Source: Vicinamibacteria bacterium (GTDB lineage: Bacteria; Acidobacteriota; Vicinamibacteria; Marinacidobacterales; Marinacidobacteraceae). From it: DNA of 64,000 bases. A program made the translations under genes and the position numbers. The notes beneath the pieces were generated by a model. That model did not search any database, was not told the origin of the DNA, and saw nothing but the letters and a program-made list of their open reading frames with translations. Of the stretch, positions 40,107-49,849 are shown piece by piece. Each line of letters opens with the position of its first letter. The first letter of the stretch is position 1. The stretch is taken from the NCBI GenBank assembly GCA_964291235.2, contig OZ219816.1:1184001-1248000 (forward strand). The letters are read 5' to 3'.

Positions 40107-42152
40107 ATGAGTTTTCTGGCGCCGCTCTTCCTGTTGGGCGGGCTCCTCGTGGCGATTCCGGTGATCCTCCACCTGACGCGCCGAAGACGCGAACCCGTCC
40201 AATTCCCCTCCTTCCTGCTGCTGCAGATGACGAGCGCGACCGCCCGTTTCAAGCGCCGCCGCTTCCGCAACATTCCGCTGCTGATCCTTCGCTGTCTCGC
40301 CCTGTTGCTGCTGGCCGCGGCATTCGCCGAACCGGTACTGCGGGGCGGCGCGTTCGCCGCCTCCGGCGAGGATCCGGTGGATCTGGCGGTCGTGGTGGAC
40401 CGGTCGCTGAGCATGACGGTGGGAAACCGCATGGATTCCGCCCGGGAACTCGCCGCCGACGAGTTGAGCACGTTGGGGCGCGACGATCGCGCCGTGATGG
40501 TCGGCTTTGACGAGCGGGCGGAGGCGCTGACCGAACTGACCGGGGACGCCGGGATTCTCGGGCCTGCGGTGGCGGGGCTCACGGCCGGGGAAGGAGGCAC
40601 GAGCTTCGTGTCGGCGCTGGGCCTCGCGGGTCGGCTGCTTCCCCGGACCACGGGACGGCGACGGGAAGTCGTGCTGATTTCGGATCTCCAACGGAGCGGC
40701 TTCGAGGAGGGCCGGCCGGAGCCGAGCCTGCCGTCCGGGGTCGGGTTCCGGGTGCGGGAAGTCGGCCAGGGGGCGCCGGCGAATGCCTGGGTGGCCGGAG
40801 TCGCGCTGGTGCCGGAAGGGCGGGATCAACTCGTGGTGACGGCCGAGCTCCGCTTCGCGCCGTCCCCGGGGCAGCCGGAGTGGAGCGGCGAGGCGGAACT
40901 CGTGCTCTCCGGCAGGACGGTGGACCGGCAGACTCTGAGCGTGACAGACGATCGATTGGCGACCGCCCGGTTCGCTCCGGTCTTGCGCCCTAGCGAACCG
41001 CTCGCCGCGGAGATACGGCTTCCCGGAGACGCGCTCGGCGGGGATGACCGCTTCCACTTCGTGGTGCATCCCGAGGCGGCGATTCAGGTCGCCGATCTCG
41101 GAGGTGATCCAGCCTCGGTGTACGTGCAGGAGGCGCTCGGTGTCGGCATCGCCCCCGGATTCCTCCTCGATCGGGGCCCGGCTCGCGGCGAGCGGGCGGT
41201 GCGGCAATCGCTTGCGGAGAATGAAGTGGCGCTGGTCCGCGATCCGGGACGGTTGGACGCCGGAGCGGTGCGCGCGGTCAGGGAGTTCGTGGAGGCGGGC
41301 GGCGGCCTGGTGATGGCGATGGGGCCCCGGCGCCTCTCGGGGGCCGCGGTTGCCGAGCTCGAGACATTGATACCGGCGCGGCCGGCAGGGTTCGTGGACC
41401 GCGATCCAGCCGGCCGATTCGGAGACCTGGCGGCCCGGCATCCCATCTTCGCACCGTTCGGGGGCGAAGGGCCGGCCGGGCTTGGAGGGCTTTCGTTCTT
41501 TCGCTACCGGGACCTTGGCGAGACCACTCCGGACGCCGAGGTGCTGGCGCGATTCGACGACGGGAAACCCGCCGTGGTCGCATCCGGCCGGGGCGAAGGC
41601 CGGGTCCTTCTCTTCGCGTCCTCACTCGATGCGGAATGGACCGATCTCCCGCGCCGCCCCGCCTTCGTTCCCTTCCTGCACCGGCTGGTCGAGGTCGCCG
41701 CCGGTTACGAGCGGATTCCGGTCGCCTACCGGGTGGGCGAAAGCGTGGACCCGCACGGCGCGTTCCGGTTGGGCCCGGCGCCGGACGCCGAAGCCGGCGA
41801 GGTGCTGGCGGATTCCCCTTCCGGGGAACGTACCGTCCTGAGGGGGAACGACGCTCTGCGACTGGAGGAGGCGGGCGTGTATCGGGCGCGGCGCCCCGGA
41901 GCGGCGGAGTTCCGGCAGATCGGAGTGAATTCGCCGGTGGCCGAATCGGACCTTCGCACCCTCGATCCGGCGGACGTGCGGATGGCCGCCGCGGCCCCGG
42001 CCGAACCGGAGACGGTCGCGGTGCAGGCCGCGACAACCCCCGAGGCGGGGGGCCAGGCGGTGGCATGGTTGCTGTTGTCCGGGCTCTTGCTGCTGCTGGC
42101 GAGCGAGGCGTGGGCCGCGAACCGGAGGGTGGCGCCGGTGCAGCCGGAATGA
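40107..42152 (+). CDS. BatA-domain / VWA membrane protein
   Basis: MSFLAPLFLLG...PVILHL...FPS..LL N-terminus, VDRSLSM, LISDLQ, WTDLP..PAFVP, ESDL and C-terminal TM. Confidence 0.88.
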   Translation: MSFLAPLFLLGGLLVAIPVILHLTRRRREPVQFPSFLLLQMTSATARFKRRRFRNIPLLILRCLALLLLAAAFAEPVLRGGAFAASGEDPVDLAVVVDRSLSMTVGNRMDSARELAADELSTLGRDDRAVMVGFDERAEALTELTGDAGILGPAVAGLTAGEGGTSFVSALGLAGRLLPRTTGRRREVVLISDLQRSGFEEGRPEPSLPSGVGFRVREVGQGAPANAWVAGVALVPEGRDQLVVTAELRFAPSPGQPEWSGEAELVLSGRTVDRQTLSVTDDRLATARFAPVLRPSEPLAAEIRLPGDALGGDDRFHFVVHPEAAIQVADLGGDPASVYVQEALGVGIAPGFLLDRGPARGERAVRQSLAENEVALVRDPGRLDAGAVRAVREFVEAGGGLVMAMGPRRLSGAAVAELETLIPARPAGFVDRDPAGRFGDLAARHPIFAPFGGEGPAGLGGLSFFRYRDLGETTPDAEVLARFDDGKPAVVASGRGEGRVLLFASSLDAEWTDLPRRPAFVPFLHRLVEVAAGYERIPVAYRVGESVDPHGAFRLGPAPDAEAGEVLADSPSGERTVLRGNDALRLEEAGVYRARRPGAAEFRQIGVNSPVAESDLRTLDPADVRMAAAAPAEPETVAVQAATTPEAGGQAVAWLLLSGLLLLLASEAWAANRRVAPVQPE

Positions 42153-42207
42153 GGGTTGTCCCGACGGCGCCCATCGCGGTTGCCTATACTGCGTCCGCCC
42201 GCCTTCC

Positions 42208-45200
42208 ATGACGCAACTCGGGTTGCATCCGTCGCAACAAACGTCCTACGACGAACTCCTCCGGGTCATCCGGCGGGTGCGCAGCCGTTGGCGCACAAGG
42301 CGTCTTCTGCTCGGCTTCGCGATGGTGGGTGCGGCGACGGTGCTCGTCGTCGGAGTTTCCTCCGCCGCGATCGACGCGCTGCGATACGCCCCGTGGGTCG
42401 TGCGGAGCCTCCAGGCGCTGACCCTGGTGGCTTTTGGCGCAGCGGTGTGGCGGTTTGCCATTCGACCGCTTCGTTCCCGGGTCAGCGACCAGCAGGTGGC
42501 CCTCTACGTCGAGGAACACGATCCCACGCTTCGGGAAGCGGTGATCAGCGGCGTCGAGCTCGGGCGCGAGGCTTCGGGCGGAGAGGCGCGCAGCAGCGGG
42601 ATTTCGCCGGACCTCACCCGGTTGGTCGTGGAGGAGGCGATTCACCGCCTGGAGACCCTGAATCAGGGCCGCCTGATCGAGACATCCGCCCTCCGGCGGG
42701 CTGCAGGGGTCTTCGCCACCGTGGGCGGGGTGGCCGTCGTGGCGTCGCTGCTGGCTCCTCCCGCGCTCCTCAAGGGAGCTGCGCTGCTGCTGTCGCCCTG
42801 GGGCGACATCACCGGCGCCAACCCCTACCGGGTGCTGGTGGACCCCGGTGACGCGGCCGTCGCGCGCGACTCGGACCGCTGGATCGAGGCGCGTCTCGAC
42901 GGGTTCACGGCGGAACGGGTGGATCTCCGGACCCGGGTCGAGGGCGGCGCCCAGTGGGAATCGATTCCGATGCTCCCCGATCCGGAAGATGGCGCCTTTC
43001 GCCACCTCCTGCTCGGGATCCCCGAAGCAACCGACTACTACGTGGACGCGGACGGGGTGCTGTCCCCGACGTTCCGGATCGAGGTCGAGGATGTCCCCTA
43101 CGTGGCGCGGATCGCACTCCGCTACCGCTATCCCGACCACACCGGACTGAGTCCCCGCGAGGTCGAGGACGGCGGAGACATCGCCGGTGTCGCCGGCACG
43201 GTCATCGAACTGCAAGTCATTCCCACGGTCCCCGCGTCGGCCGGCGTCCTTCGCCTGGAGCCGGGAGCTGTCGAGATTCCGCTCGAGATTGCCGAGGCGC
43301 CCGGAGAGTCGCCATCGGGGGCGGGGGCGGAAGTGCTGACCGCCGCGTTGACGCTCGCCGAGTCGGGGTCCTATCGGGTGGCGCTCGCCGGTCCCGACGG
43401 CAACCTGCGAACCGCCTCGCGGGACTACCTGATCGAGGTCCTCGAGGACCTGCCGCCGCTCGTGCGCTTCCTGCGGCCCGGCCGGGACGCCCAGGCGAAC
43501 CCGGTCGAAGAGGTGTTCACCGAGGTCCTGGCCGAGGATGATTACGCGGTCCGGGGGCTCGAAATACGGGTTTCCGTGAATGGCGGCGAAGAGACGCGCG
43601 AGGTGCTGGCGTCCGGCGGAGCGCGGGACGAGATCCAGTCGGGATACACGCTGTTCCTGGAGGAGCACGACCTGGTCCCGGGCGACCTGGTCTCCTACTA
43701 CGCGGTGGCCCGGGACGGGGCCGGCGCCGAAGCCTCGACGGACATGTTCTTCATCGCGGTGCGGCCGTTCGACCGAACCTATCGGCAGGCTGATGCGATG
43801 CCTGGCGGAGGTGGCGCCGGCGCCGGGGATGGGCTCGACGGGACCCTGACGCTGCGCCAGAAGCAGGTCGTGGTCGCGACGTTCAAGATCCTTCGTGATC
43901 GCGACGGAATGCCGGCGAACGCCGTCACCGAGACCGTCGCCACCATCGGCCTCGCACAGGGGCGCCTCCGCGAACAGGTCGCCACCCTGACGCGGCGTCT
44001 CCAGAATCGCGGGATCGGCGCAAGCGCCGAATTCGGCGAGATCGTGGAGCACCTCGACGCGGGCCTGGTCGAAATGACCGCGGCCGAGGAACTGCTGGTC
44101 GCCGAGCGGCCGGACGACGCACTTCCCCGGGAACAAAAGGCGCTGACCCATTTGCAGCGCGCCGACGCGGTGTTCCGGGATGTCCAGGTCGCCTTCGGAC
44201 AAGGCGGCGGCGGAGGCGGGGGTGGCGGGCCGCCGGCGCAGGCCGAGGACCTCGCGCATCTCTTCGAACTGGAGATGGACAAGCTGCGAAACCAGTACGA
44301 GACGGTGGAACAGCAGCGCCGCTCGTCCGCCGACAACGAGGTGGACGAGGTACTCCAGCGCCTCGCGGAGCTGGCCCGCCGCCAGGAGCAGGAGAACGAA
44401 CGTCTGCGCCGCGGTGTCCGGCAATCGGGCGGGGGCGCCGGGTCGGCACAGAACCAGTTGGCGGCCGAAACCGAGGATGTGGCCCGACGGCTGGAGCGCC
44501 TGGCCCGCGAGCGCTCCCGGCCGGACCTCGCCGCCGTCTCCCGGCGACTCCGGGACGCAGCGCAGGAAATGCGGGCGGCCAGCGGGGGGAACGGCGGGGA
44601 AGGTCTCGAGAGCGGTCTTTCGGCCGCCAATGCGCTGCGCGGAGCGCGCCGCGATCTTGACGGACAGCGGCGCGAGCGGCTCGGACGCGACGTGGACAAC
44701 GCTCTCGCCGAAGTGAAGCGCCTGCGGAGCGCGCAGGACCGGATTCGCTCCGCCGTGCAGGACCTCGAATCGGAGCGGAGCGCCGAGGCGATCGCGCAGA
44801 TTTCGGGAGACAAGCAGGAACTCGCGGGACGTGTCCAGCGGCTGGAGCAGCAACTCGACGAGGTGAGCCGGGACTGGAGCCGGGACGAACCGGAGGCGTC
44901 GCGGGCGGTGGGTGAGGCCGCCGATGGCATCCGCGATCGCAAGCTGAAGGAAAAGATCCACTACTCCCGCGGGGTCGCGGCGGAGCGGTCCACGGACTAT
45001 GCCGACCAGTTCGAAGCGATGATCGAAGGCGATCTGGAAGCGTTGGAGCAGGATCTCGCGGCGGCGCGGGACGCGGTGGAAGGTTCCGACCGCGCGGGCC
45101 GCAACGACGTGCTCGATCGGGCGGCAAACCTTGTCCGGGGGCTCGAGGGACTCAGGAACCGACTCGCGGATCGCGCCGAGCAATCCGGATCCGAGTCGGA

Positions 45201-45675
45201 GTCCGGATCCGAGTCGGCATCGGAATCCGCATCGGAATCCGAAGGCCAGGACACTTCCGGTTCCGGGCAAGAGAGTTCAGGAGAGGGGCAGGGCAGTGGC
45301 GGGCGCGCGGCCGACGGGCGTGAAGCCCGCCAGCTCCAGCGCGAACTCGACCGCCGGGTCCAGGATGCGGAAGCCCTCGGGCGGGAGTTGACCGGGATCG
45401 GCGCGAGCGGCAACCGGGGCGCCGAGCGTCTCGGGCAGGTGGCCTCCGCGCTCCGCGGCCTGAATCCCGAGCGTCTGACGGGAGATCCTCGGGGCATGGA
45501 GATTCTCGAAGCCGAAGTGCTCGACAGTCTCCGTCAGATCGAGTTCGAGCTCCGGCGGGCGCTCGGCGGGGGCGCCGGAGCGGATGTCCTCACCGGGTCC
45601 GACGACCGCGTGCCCGAGGAGTACCGGGAGATGGTGGAGGAGTACTTCCGGGCGCTCAGCCGCCGCCCGACCTAA
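42208..45675 (+). CDS. Large membrane protein with Ig-like domains and long coiled coil (DUF4175-like)
   Basis: Three N-terminal TMs, YPDHTGL, DLPPLV, AEDDYAV, coiled-coil region and terminal VPEEYREMVEEYFRAL. Confidence 0.75.
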   Translation: MTQLGLHPSQQTSYDELLRVIRRVRSRWRTRRLLLGFAMVGAATVLVVGVSSAAIDALRYAPWVVRSLQALTLVAFGAAVWRFAIRPLRSRVSDQQVALYVEEHDPTLREAVISGVELGREASGGEARSSGISPDLTRLVVEEAIHRLETLNQGRLIETSALRRAAGVFATVGGVAVVASLLAPPALLKGAALLLSPWGDITGANPYRVLVDPGDAAVARDSDRWIEARLDGFTAERVDLRTRVEGGAQWESIPMLPDPEDGAFRHLLLGIPEATDYYVDADGVLSPTFRIEVEDVPYVARIALRYRYPDHTGLSPREVEDGGDIAGVAGTVIELQVIPTVPASAGVLRLEPGAVEIPLEIAEAPGESPSGAGAEVLTAALTLAESGSYRVALAGPDGNLRTASRDYLIEVLEDLPPLVRFLRPGRDAQANPVEEVFTEVLAEDDYAVRGLEIRVSVNGGEETREVLASGGARDEIQSGYTLFLEEHDLVPGDLVSYYAVARDGAGAEASTDMFFIAVRPFDRTYRQADAMPGGGGAGAGDGLDGTLTLRQKQVVVATFKILRDRDGMPANAVTETVATIGLAQGRLREQVATLTRRLQNRGIGASAEFGEIVEHLDAGLVEMTAAEELLVAERPDDALPREQKALTHLQRADAVFRDVQVAFGQGGGGGGGGGPPAQAEDLAHLFELEMDKLRNQYETVEQQRRSSADNEVDEVLQRLAELARRQEQENERLRRGVRQSGGGAGSAQNQLAAETEDVARRLERLARERSRPDLAAVSRRLRDAAQEMRAASGGNGGEGLESGLSAANALRGARRDLDGQRRERLGRDVDNALAEVKRLRSAQDRIRSAVQDLESERSAEAIAQISGDKQELAGRVQRLEQQLDEVSRDWSRDEPEASRAVGEAADGIRDRKLKEKIHYSRGVAAERSTDYADQFEAMIEGDLEALEQDLAAARDAVEGSDRAGRNDVLDRAANLVRGLEGLRNRLADRAEQSGSESESGSESASESASESEGQDTSGSGQESSGEGQGSGGRAADGREARQLQRELDRRVQDAEALGRELTGIGASGNRGAERLGQVASALRGLNPERLTGDPRGMEILEAEVLDSLRQIEFELRRALGGGAGADVLTGSDDRVPEEYREMVEEYFRALSRRPT

Positions 45676-45696
45676 GCGCCGGCGCCGGTCGGGCCC

Positions 45697-47070
45697 CTAC
45701 CGCCGCGCGGTCGGGAACACCACCACACTCTCGTTCCCGTCGGAAGCCACCGAGGCGACGCCGAAGAGGTAGTTGTCGATCACCAGGTTTTCGAACACGT
45801 ACTCCGTCACCTCCCCCACGAACCGCGAGTGCTCCCACTGCGGCGCGGTGGTGTCCCGCCAATAGACGCGGTACCCGGCGAGGTCCGCCGAGGACGCCGG
45901 ATCCCACGACAGGACGGCGGAGGCTCGCACCGCGCCCGCGATCCCGACATTCGGGGGCGGGGCGGGGGCCCAGGCCAGCCCGGCGAGGCTGATCACGTTC
46001 ACGCCGGTCAACTTCGCGGCGTACGCGAAGTTGACCCCCTCGATCACATCCCCGTATTCGATCCCGTCTTCCACCCGGAGATCCTGGTGCTGGCGCCGGT
46101 AGTTCTCGTGGGTTTCCATGATGCGGACGCCGGGAAACCCGGCGTCATTGAACGGGCGATGGTGGCCGCCGCGTCCGAACCGGTCGAGGCGGTAGATCAG
46201 CTTGGCCTCCAGGTTCGGGATGTAGAGGTCCGTCATCCGCGCCACGTAGCGCGCGAGTTGACGCGAGACTCCGTCCACTTCACCGCCGGTGACTCGTCTC
46301 CGCCGGCGCGCCTCTTCGGTTTCGGTCACCGGGGTGGGCTCCGAGAACACCCGGAAGACATCGTTGCGGATGACTCCGTCCACCCCTTCGATGTTCCCGA
46401 TCATGTCGTTGTTCAGCACGGCCTCGATGTCCCAGCCTTCTTCGACCGCGACGCTCGCCATGTGCCGGCCGCCGTAGAGCCCCTGTTCTTCGCCGGAAAG
46501 GCCGGCCAGGATGATGGTGGCGGGGAACGAGCCGGCGTATCGGCTCAGCACCCGGGCCGCCTCGATCGCGCCCGCCATTCCGCTCGCGTTGTCGTTGGCG
46601 CCGGGTGAGTCGTCGGTGAAGTTGTTCGAGTCGGAGATTCGGCTGTCGATGTCGCCGGACATGATCACGTAGCGGTTCGGTTCGGTAGCGCCCCGAATGG
46701 TCGCGAGGACGTTGACCACCTCGGTGTCCACCGGGATGCGGCTCCCCTCCCGGCCCGGAACCACCGTCCGCTGATAGGAGACCTCGAGGCATCCCCCGCA
46801 GGCATCGGAGATCAGGGTGAATTCCGCGTGAATCCAGCGCCTTGCGGCACCGATGCCGCGGGTTTCGCTCTCGGTGTCGGAGAGGGTGTGACGGGTGCCG
46901 AAGTCCACCAGGGTGCGGATGTCGGATTCGATGCGTTCCGCGGAAACCTCCTTCAGGAGGTCGTACATGCGGGGATCCCGCCCCGGCGGTTCGCCAGGCT
47001 GGGCCATCCCCGCGACCGGCGCGGCGAGGAGGAGGAGGCAGCAGGCGACGGGACGGAGGCGCTCAAGCAT
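45697..47070 (-). CDS. M28-family metallopeptidase with C-terminal FN3-like domain
   Basis: FGTRHT, PGANDNASG, GEEQGLYG, NNDMIG, DRFGRGGHH; signal peptide. Confidence 0.9.
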   Translation of the reverse strand: MLERLRPVACCLLLLAAPVAGMAQPGEPPGRDPRMYDLLKEVSAERIESDIRTLVDFGTRHTLSDTESETRGIGAARRWIHAEFTLISDACGGCLEVSYQRTVVPGREGSRIPVDTEVVNVLATIRGATEPNRYVIMSGDIDSRISDSNNFTDDSPGANDNASGMAGAIEAARVLSRYAGSFPATIILAGLSGEEQGLYGGRHMASVAVEEGWDIEAVLNNDMIGNIEGVDGVIRNDVFRVFSEPTPVTETEEARRRRRVTGGEVDGVSRQLARYVARMTDLYIPNLEAKLIYRLDRFGRGGHHRPFNDAGFPGVRIMETHENYRRQHQDLRVEDGIEYGDVIEGVNFAYAAKLTGVNVISLAGLAWAPAPPPNVGIAGAVRASAVLSWDPASSADLAGYRVYWRDTTAPQWEHSRFVGEVTEYVFENLVIDNYLFGVASVASDGNESVVVFPTARR

Positions 47071-47123
47071 GGCCGGGGTTTGTATCACCGCCGCCCGCGC
47101 GGGCCGGCGGGTTGGCCGCCCTC

Positions 47124-47633
47124 TCAACCGGAAGAAGTGTGGTCGTGGGAAATCTTCCAGCCGTCTCCGGTCCGTTCGAAGAGCAGGGTGAAAAGCCCGG
47201 TGGGGGCGTCGTTTCGCCGCTCGAGGTTGTAGCGCCCGAAGACAAAGACGAATTCGTCGGAGAGCACGCGGACGTCGAGGTCGGTGAACGTCAGCGTTCC
47301 CATGGCGGCGCGATCCGGATACGTCCGCCGGTACCGCTCGAGCACGTCCTCGGTCCCGTAACGAACGCTCCCTCCCGACACGAACCGCATCCGCGGGGAC
47401 TCCAGGTAATCCGCGACGAAGGTAACCAGATCCCCCTCGTTCCAGGCGCCGGACTGCCGCTCCATCAGGGAGCGGACGTCGGCCTCGATGGCGGCCGCAG
47501 CTTCCGGCGTGACCGCTTCGCGCTCCTCTTCGGGCGCATCGGGAGCGGGAGCGGAGTCCGGCGGCGGCGCGCAGGCGCCGGAGAGCAGGATCGATATTCC
47601 GAGAGAGATCGCGTGTTTCCGCATCCGGCGCAT
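47124..47633 (-). CDS. SnoaL/NTF2-like (DUF4440/YybH) lipoprotein
   Basis: GAC lipobox; AWNEGDL..F...Y, MGTLTF, GLFTLLF and WKISHDHTS. Confidence 0.85.
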   Translation of the reverse strand: MRRMRKHAISLGISILLSGACAPPPDSAPAPDAPEEEREAVTPEAAAAIEADVRSLMERQSGAWNEGDLVTFVADYLESPRMRFVSGGSVRYGTEDVLERYRRTYPDRAAMGTLTFTDLDVRVLSDEFVFVFGRYNLERRNDAPTGLFTLLFERTGDGWKISHDHTSSG

Positions 47634-47686
47634 GGTAGCGACCGGGCTGCGCGCTACGATCAACTGGCATCAGGAGGCGAGAGCGA

Positions 47687-48778
47687 ATGGCGTTTTATGA
47701 CAATCCCGGGGGCAACGGACCCTGGTCGGGACTCGGCGGGGAAGGCCCCGCCATGCCCGATCTGGAGAGCCTGTTGCGGCGCTTCGGCAAGAGTGCGCGG
47801 CAGACGGCCCTCCGGGTCGGCGCGGGGGTCTTGGTGGTGATCCTGTTCTTCATGTCGGTCTATCAGGTACAGCCGGAGGAGGTGGGAGTGGTCACCCGCT
47901 TTGGACGCTACGCGCGGGTGAGCGCTTCGGGGCTGCACTTCATCGTGCCGTTTCTCGAGTCGGTGACCAAGGTGCCGGTGGGGCGGCAGCTCAAGGAGGA
48001 GTTCGGCTTCCGGACCGTCGAAGCCGGGGTGCGGACCACCTACGACGACCGCCAGTTCCTCGAGGAGTCGCTCATGCTCACCGGCGATCTGAACGTCGCC
48101 GTCGTCGAATGGATCGTCCAGTTCAAGGTGCAGGATCCGAGGGCCTACCTCTTCAACGTGCGGGAGATCCGCTCCACCTTTCGCGACATGAGCGAGGCCG
48201 CCATGCGCGACGTGGTGGGGGATCACAGCGTGGATGAGGTCCTCACCGTCGGCCGCGAGCGGATGGCGGCGCTGGCCAAGGATCTCCTCCAGGATCTGAG
48301 CGACCGCTACGAGACCGGGATCAGCGTCCAGCAACTGGTCCTCCAGGACGTGAATCCTCCGGATGCGGTGAAGCCCTCCTTCAACGAGGTCAACGAGGCC
48401 ATTCAGGAGAAGGAAAGGCTCACGAACGAAGCGCTGGCTGAATACAACCAGGCGATTCCGCGTGCCCGCGGTGACGCCGAACGGCTGATCCAGGAGGCCG
48501 AGGGGTACGCCGCCGAGCGGGTCAACCGGTCTCGCGGCGAGGCCTCACGCTTCGAGGCAATTTACGCGGAGTACCGCAACGCCCCCCGGGTGACCCGGTC
48601 GCGGATGTATCTCGAAACCCTTTCCGAGGTGATGCCGAAACTCGGGCAGAAGGTGATCCTGGACGAGAGCGGAGCGAACATCCTGCCGCTCCTCAATTTG
48701 AACGGGCAACGTCGCCAGCAGCCCAATCCCGGGGCGCCCCCTCCGAATCAGGATCCGGGACGGGAGGACTCGAGATGA
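47687..48778 (+). CDS. hflK: FtsH protease modulator HflK
   Basis: SPFH domain; MLTGDLN, LQDVNPPDAVKPSFNEV, ARGDA...AEGY, VTRSRMYLET. Confidence 0.93.
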   Translation: MAFYDNPGGNGPWSGLGGEGPAMPDLESLLRRFGKSARQTALRVGAGVLVVILFFMSVYQVQPEEVGVVTRFGRYARVSASGLHFIVPFLESVTKVPVGRQLKEEFGFRTVEAGVRTTYDDRQFLEESLMLTGDLNVAVVEWIVQFKVQDPRAYLFNVREIRSTFRDMSEAAMRDVVGDHSVDEVLTVGRERMAALAKDLLQDLSDRYETGISVQQLVLQDVNPPDAVKPSFNEVNEAIQEKERLTNEALAEYNQAIPRARGDAERLIQEAEGYAAERVNRSRGEASRFEAIYAEYRNAPRVTRSRMYLETLSEVMPKLGQKVILDESGANILPLLNLNGQRRQQPNPGAPPPNQDPGREDSR

Positions 48779-49704
48779 AGCGCGCGGCGCCGGTCCTCGG
48801 GACCCTACTCGGCCTCGTCGCCTTCTTCTCGGCAACCTACACGATCAACGAGACGGAACAGGCCATCATCACCCAGTTCGGGGAGCCCGTGGGCGGCGCG
48901 GTGAACGAGCCGGGCCTCCACTTCAAGCTTCCCTTCATCCAGCGGGTGACCCGCTTCGACCAGCGTTGGCTGCCCTGGGATGGGGACGCCAACCAGATCA
49001 CCACCCGGGACAAGAAGTTCATCTGGGTGGACACCTACGCGCGCTGGCGGATTTCCGACCCGCTGCTGTTCTTCCAGTCGGTTCGCGACGAGCTGGGAGC
49101 GCAGAGCCGCCTCGACGACATCATCGACGGAGAAACCCGCAATGCGGTGGCGACCTACGACCTCATCGAGATCGTGCGCATCACCAACCGCGAGTTCGAG
49201 ATAACCGAGGATCTCATGTCCTTCGCCAACGAAGAAGTCGTCGGGGACATCGAGTTCGGCCGTAACGCCATCACTCGCAGCATCCTCGAAAAGGCATCGG
49301 ACGTGACCCCCAACTTCGGAATCGAGCTGGTGGACGTGCGGATCAAGCGCGTCAACTACGTCGAGGAGGTCCGGGCCAAGGTGTACGAACGGATGATCTC
49401 GGAGCGCCAGCGGATTGCCGAGCGGAGCCGTTCCGAGGGCCAGGGGCGAGCGGCTGAAGTCCGTGGCCAACGCGAGCGGGAGCTGAAGACCATCGAATCC
49501 GAGGCCTTCCGTCAGGCCGAGGAAATTCGTGGCCGGGCCGACGCGGAAGCCTCGGCGATCTACGCCAGTGCCTACCAGCGGGACGCTGACTTCTACCGGT
49601 TCATGAAGTCGCTCGAGACCTACCGCACGGCGCTCGACGACGGGGTCACCCTGGTCATCGGCAGCGACAGCGAGTTCCTCGATTTCCTCCGTCGGTCCCG
49701 GTAG
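48775..49704 (+). CDS. hflC: FtsH protease modulator HflC
   Basis: EPGLHFKLPFIQ, TRDKK, WRISDP, VYERMISER, FYRFMKSLETY; ATGA overlap with hflK. Confidence 0.95.
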   Translation: MKRAAPVLGTLLGLVAFFSATYTINETEQAIITQFGEPVGGAVNEPGLHFKLPFIQRVTRFDQRWLPWDGDANQITTRDKKFIWVDTYARWRISDPLLFFQSVRDELGAQSRLDDIIDGETRNAVATYDLIEIVRITNREFEITEDLMSFANEEVVGDIEFGRNAITRSILEKASDVTPNFGIELVDVRIKRVNYVEEVRAKVYERMISERQRIAERSRSEGQGRAAEVRGQRERELKTIESEAFRQAEEIRGRADAEASAIYASAYQRDADFYRFMKSLETYRTALDDGVTLVIGSDSEFLDFLRRSR

Positions 49705-49849
49705 GACCGAGCCCCTTCTCCCGGGCCGCCGTGGCCCGGGAGGAGGCGGGTGGAATTCGTCCGGTGGCGCCCGCCGCATTGCCGCCTCGGCGGGGTTTCC
49801 GTCATCATTGCGAGCCGCACTCCTCTTTCCGCAAAGGTTGCATTCCAAA

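Noticed and set aside
38070-45270. Very long minus-strand ORFs (1123 aa, 1028 aa) and similar antisense ORFs throughout
   Set aside because: Shadow ORFs of GC-rich coding genes. They have no recognisable motifs and overlap well-supported genes on the opposite strand.
45185-45300. TCCGAGTCGG/GAATCC short repeats
   Set aside because: They encode a Ser/Glu/Gly low-complexity linker within the 42208-45675 CDS.
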